NCBI GenBank assembly: GCA_040954595.2
Contig: CM082595.2
Location: 3,643,943-3,707,942 of the forward strand
From: Balanoglossus misakiensis
Taxonomy: Eukaryota; Animalia; Hemichordata
Length of the DNA: 64,000 nt
Reading direction: 5' to 3'
How positions within the stretch are numbered: the first letter of the stretch is position 1; each line of letters begins with the position of its first letter. Below, piece after piece: positions 62,097 through 64,000 of this stretch. The notes below the pieces were generated by a model that had not been told where the DNA came from, made no database searches, and worked only from the letters and a program-made list of their open reading frames with translations. Position numbers and translations under genes: made by a program.

Positions 62097-64000
62097 ATGA
62101 TCAGATTATATGTCTTCCCTTTGGCGTTTCTTGCGGCCGTCGGATTCTCCGCGGCGTGCCGTGAGACCGAGCACGGGTTCGACTGCTCCGAGCTGGACGA
62201 GTTCATCGCCGGGGTAATGGAGTGCAAGAAAATCCCCGGGATGTCGGTGGCTCTGGTCAAAGACCAGGACACCGTGCTGACCAAAGGTTACGGCCTCGCC
62301 GACATCGACAAAGGCGTCCCGGTTGGCCAGGAGACCCTCTTCCCAATCGCGTCCATGAGCAAGGCGTTCACTGCCACGCTGTGGGCGAACCTTCTCCCGG
62401 AGCTTACCGACGTTTCCACGACGACGCCGCTGAAGGATGTACTGGGGTCGTGGTTCGAGCTCCCGGACGATTTCCGCACCGAGCAGCTAACCATGGCAGA
62501 CGCGTTCTGTCACAGAGCAGGGTTGAACGATTACAATCTTTTCTTGACCGGCTTCGGTATGGACATGGAGAGACACGAATACGTCAGGCAAGTACAACCC
62601 CTCATCAAATAAAATGAAATCCTATTGGTTAGATGGTGGCGAACAGAAAATGATTGTCCAATCAGGAATCATATCCGATTCATTGATCCCAAACTCTGCT
62701 AATTCCCTGAATCATATATCTATGTGGCACAATTATTCTGACGACAGTGGCACATTAACCTATATATCTAGTTATTCTGTATTTTTGAAACAGGAGGATA
62801 CGGTACGGACAGGCACTAGTCCCAGATTGTCCAATCAGGAATCATATCCGATTCATTGATCCCAAACTCTGCTAATTCCCTGAATCATATATCTATGTGG
62901 CACAATTATTCTGACGACAGTGGCACATTAACCTATATATCTAGTTATTCTGTATTTTTTGAAACAGGAGGATACGGTACGGACAGGCACTGGTCCCATT
63001 TCGTACAAACTTCGTGTACAGTAACCAGATGTTCACTCTGGCGGGATACGTAGCAGAATTCCTCAAAGCGACCACCTGGGAAACTCTGATGCAGGAGCGA
63101 ATCCTCGACGCCCTGGACATGACCTCGTCGACTTTCTGTGAACATATCATCGAGCGGGAGGAGGGAGTGGCTCAACCTTACGTCTACAACTTCAGTGGGG
63201 GTTATTACATTCCCCTCGACAAAGAAGTGCTCAGGTAACCCCCTTCTGAATAACTGCAGAACTGTCCCTTACGGCATTTACACGGTGTTCACATTCTAAC
63301 TATGTTGCCAAGGGCGGTTATATATCTCACCACCGGCCAATATGAAATGCGATGCCAAAATTGTACCAACAGCAAACGTCAGACGAACCAAACTCCTGAC
63401 CACCTTCTTCTATTTCCAGGGTTGCCGATTTGCCCTCGCCCGCGGGCGCTATCGTCTCCAACGCCGTAGACATGGCCAGGTGGTTGAAATTCCAGGTTGC
63501 TAGGGGAAAGAACGAGAAGGGCGAACAAGTGGTTGACACCGACCTGCTAGTCGCCACCTACCTCCCTAATAACGTCTTCCCAAGCGGTCCGCAAACCCTA
63601 CCCACATTCCCAGTGTCTGACTCCATGCCAACCTACGCCAGTGGATGGATCAATGAGATGTACAGAGGTGGGTTTGGGGCACTGTCCCTCCATGATGGAG
63701 GGAGGAGGTCTACATGAAATTGCAATCTTCGGATTCCTGTCCAGTGGACGATCAATGGTATCTTTCACCAACTGAAAGGGGAGTCTTTGCCCAAGCTAGT
63801 CTATATATGCGATGGGCCAATTTCTGAAGTCCACGAGACCCTGTGAGATACCCCCGTTATAATATTGCAAAAAATAAGTTTCTTCTTCATCTTTTGATAG
63901 GTTATCCAAAAGTTTACCATGATGGCAGCTTAGGCGGTTATAATTCAGGAATGTCTGTCTTCCACACCGGTAATATTGGCATCTTCACCGCCATCAACGG
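62097..64000 (+). CDS. secreted beta-lactamase/penicillin-binding-protein-fold serine hydrolase (3'-partial)
   Basis: Signal peptide MIRLYVFPLAFLAAVGFSAA; exons 62097-62587 (IPGMSVALV, GYG, FPIASMSKAF = SxxK), 62968-63234 (FVYSN = YxN), 63420-63667 (PAGAIVSN..DMARW), 63901 onward (YHDGSLGGY = HxG). Confidence 0.9.
62652..62998. repeat. 174-bp tandem duplication spanning the intron 1 acceptor of the hydrolase gene
   Basis: gattgtccaatcaggaatc...gaaacaggaggatacggtacggacaggcact(a/g)gtccca twice, nearly identical. Confidence 0.92.

Noticed and set aside
62097-64000. bacterial contamination or an antibiotic-resistance gene
   Set aside because: It has spliceosomal introns and is contiguous with animal genes; beta-lactam hydrolysis cannot be inferred from the fold.

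Overview
AT-rich, intron-containing animal genomic DNA; gene content and repeats suggest an invertebrate deuterostome, but the species cannot be fixed from sequence. Seven spliced protein-coding genes were reconstructed by hand. (1) dishevelled (+), from after the DIX domain (5' exons lie before the window) to the EFFVDVM C-terminus at 23116, with a ~3 kb 3'UTR. (2) A POM121-like transmembrane FG nucleoporin (+). (3, 5) Two convergent paralogous ABCG half-transporters with identical 11-exon structure. (4) A C1orf50/DUF2452 homologue (+) between them, followed by a repeat-rich spacer. (6) A secreted C-type lectin/pentraxin/fibrinogen-domain protein (-). (7) A divergently transcribed secreted beta-lactamase-fold serine hydrolase (+, truncated by the window end). 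Best leads: a frame-preserving pentraxin exon inserted inside the C-type lectin domain; duplicated, apparently mutually exclusive 77-nt exons encoding the Dishevelled PDZ alphaB helix, plus a 12-nt microexon and candidate DIX-less first exons; an invertebrate-type POM121; and a single near-identical exon between otherwise diverged ABCG paralogues. All splice models are predictions without transcript evidence.
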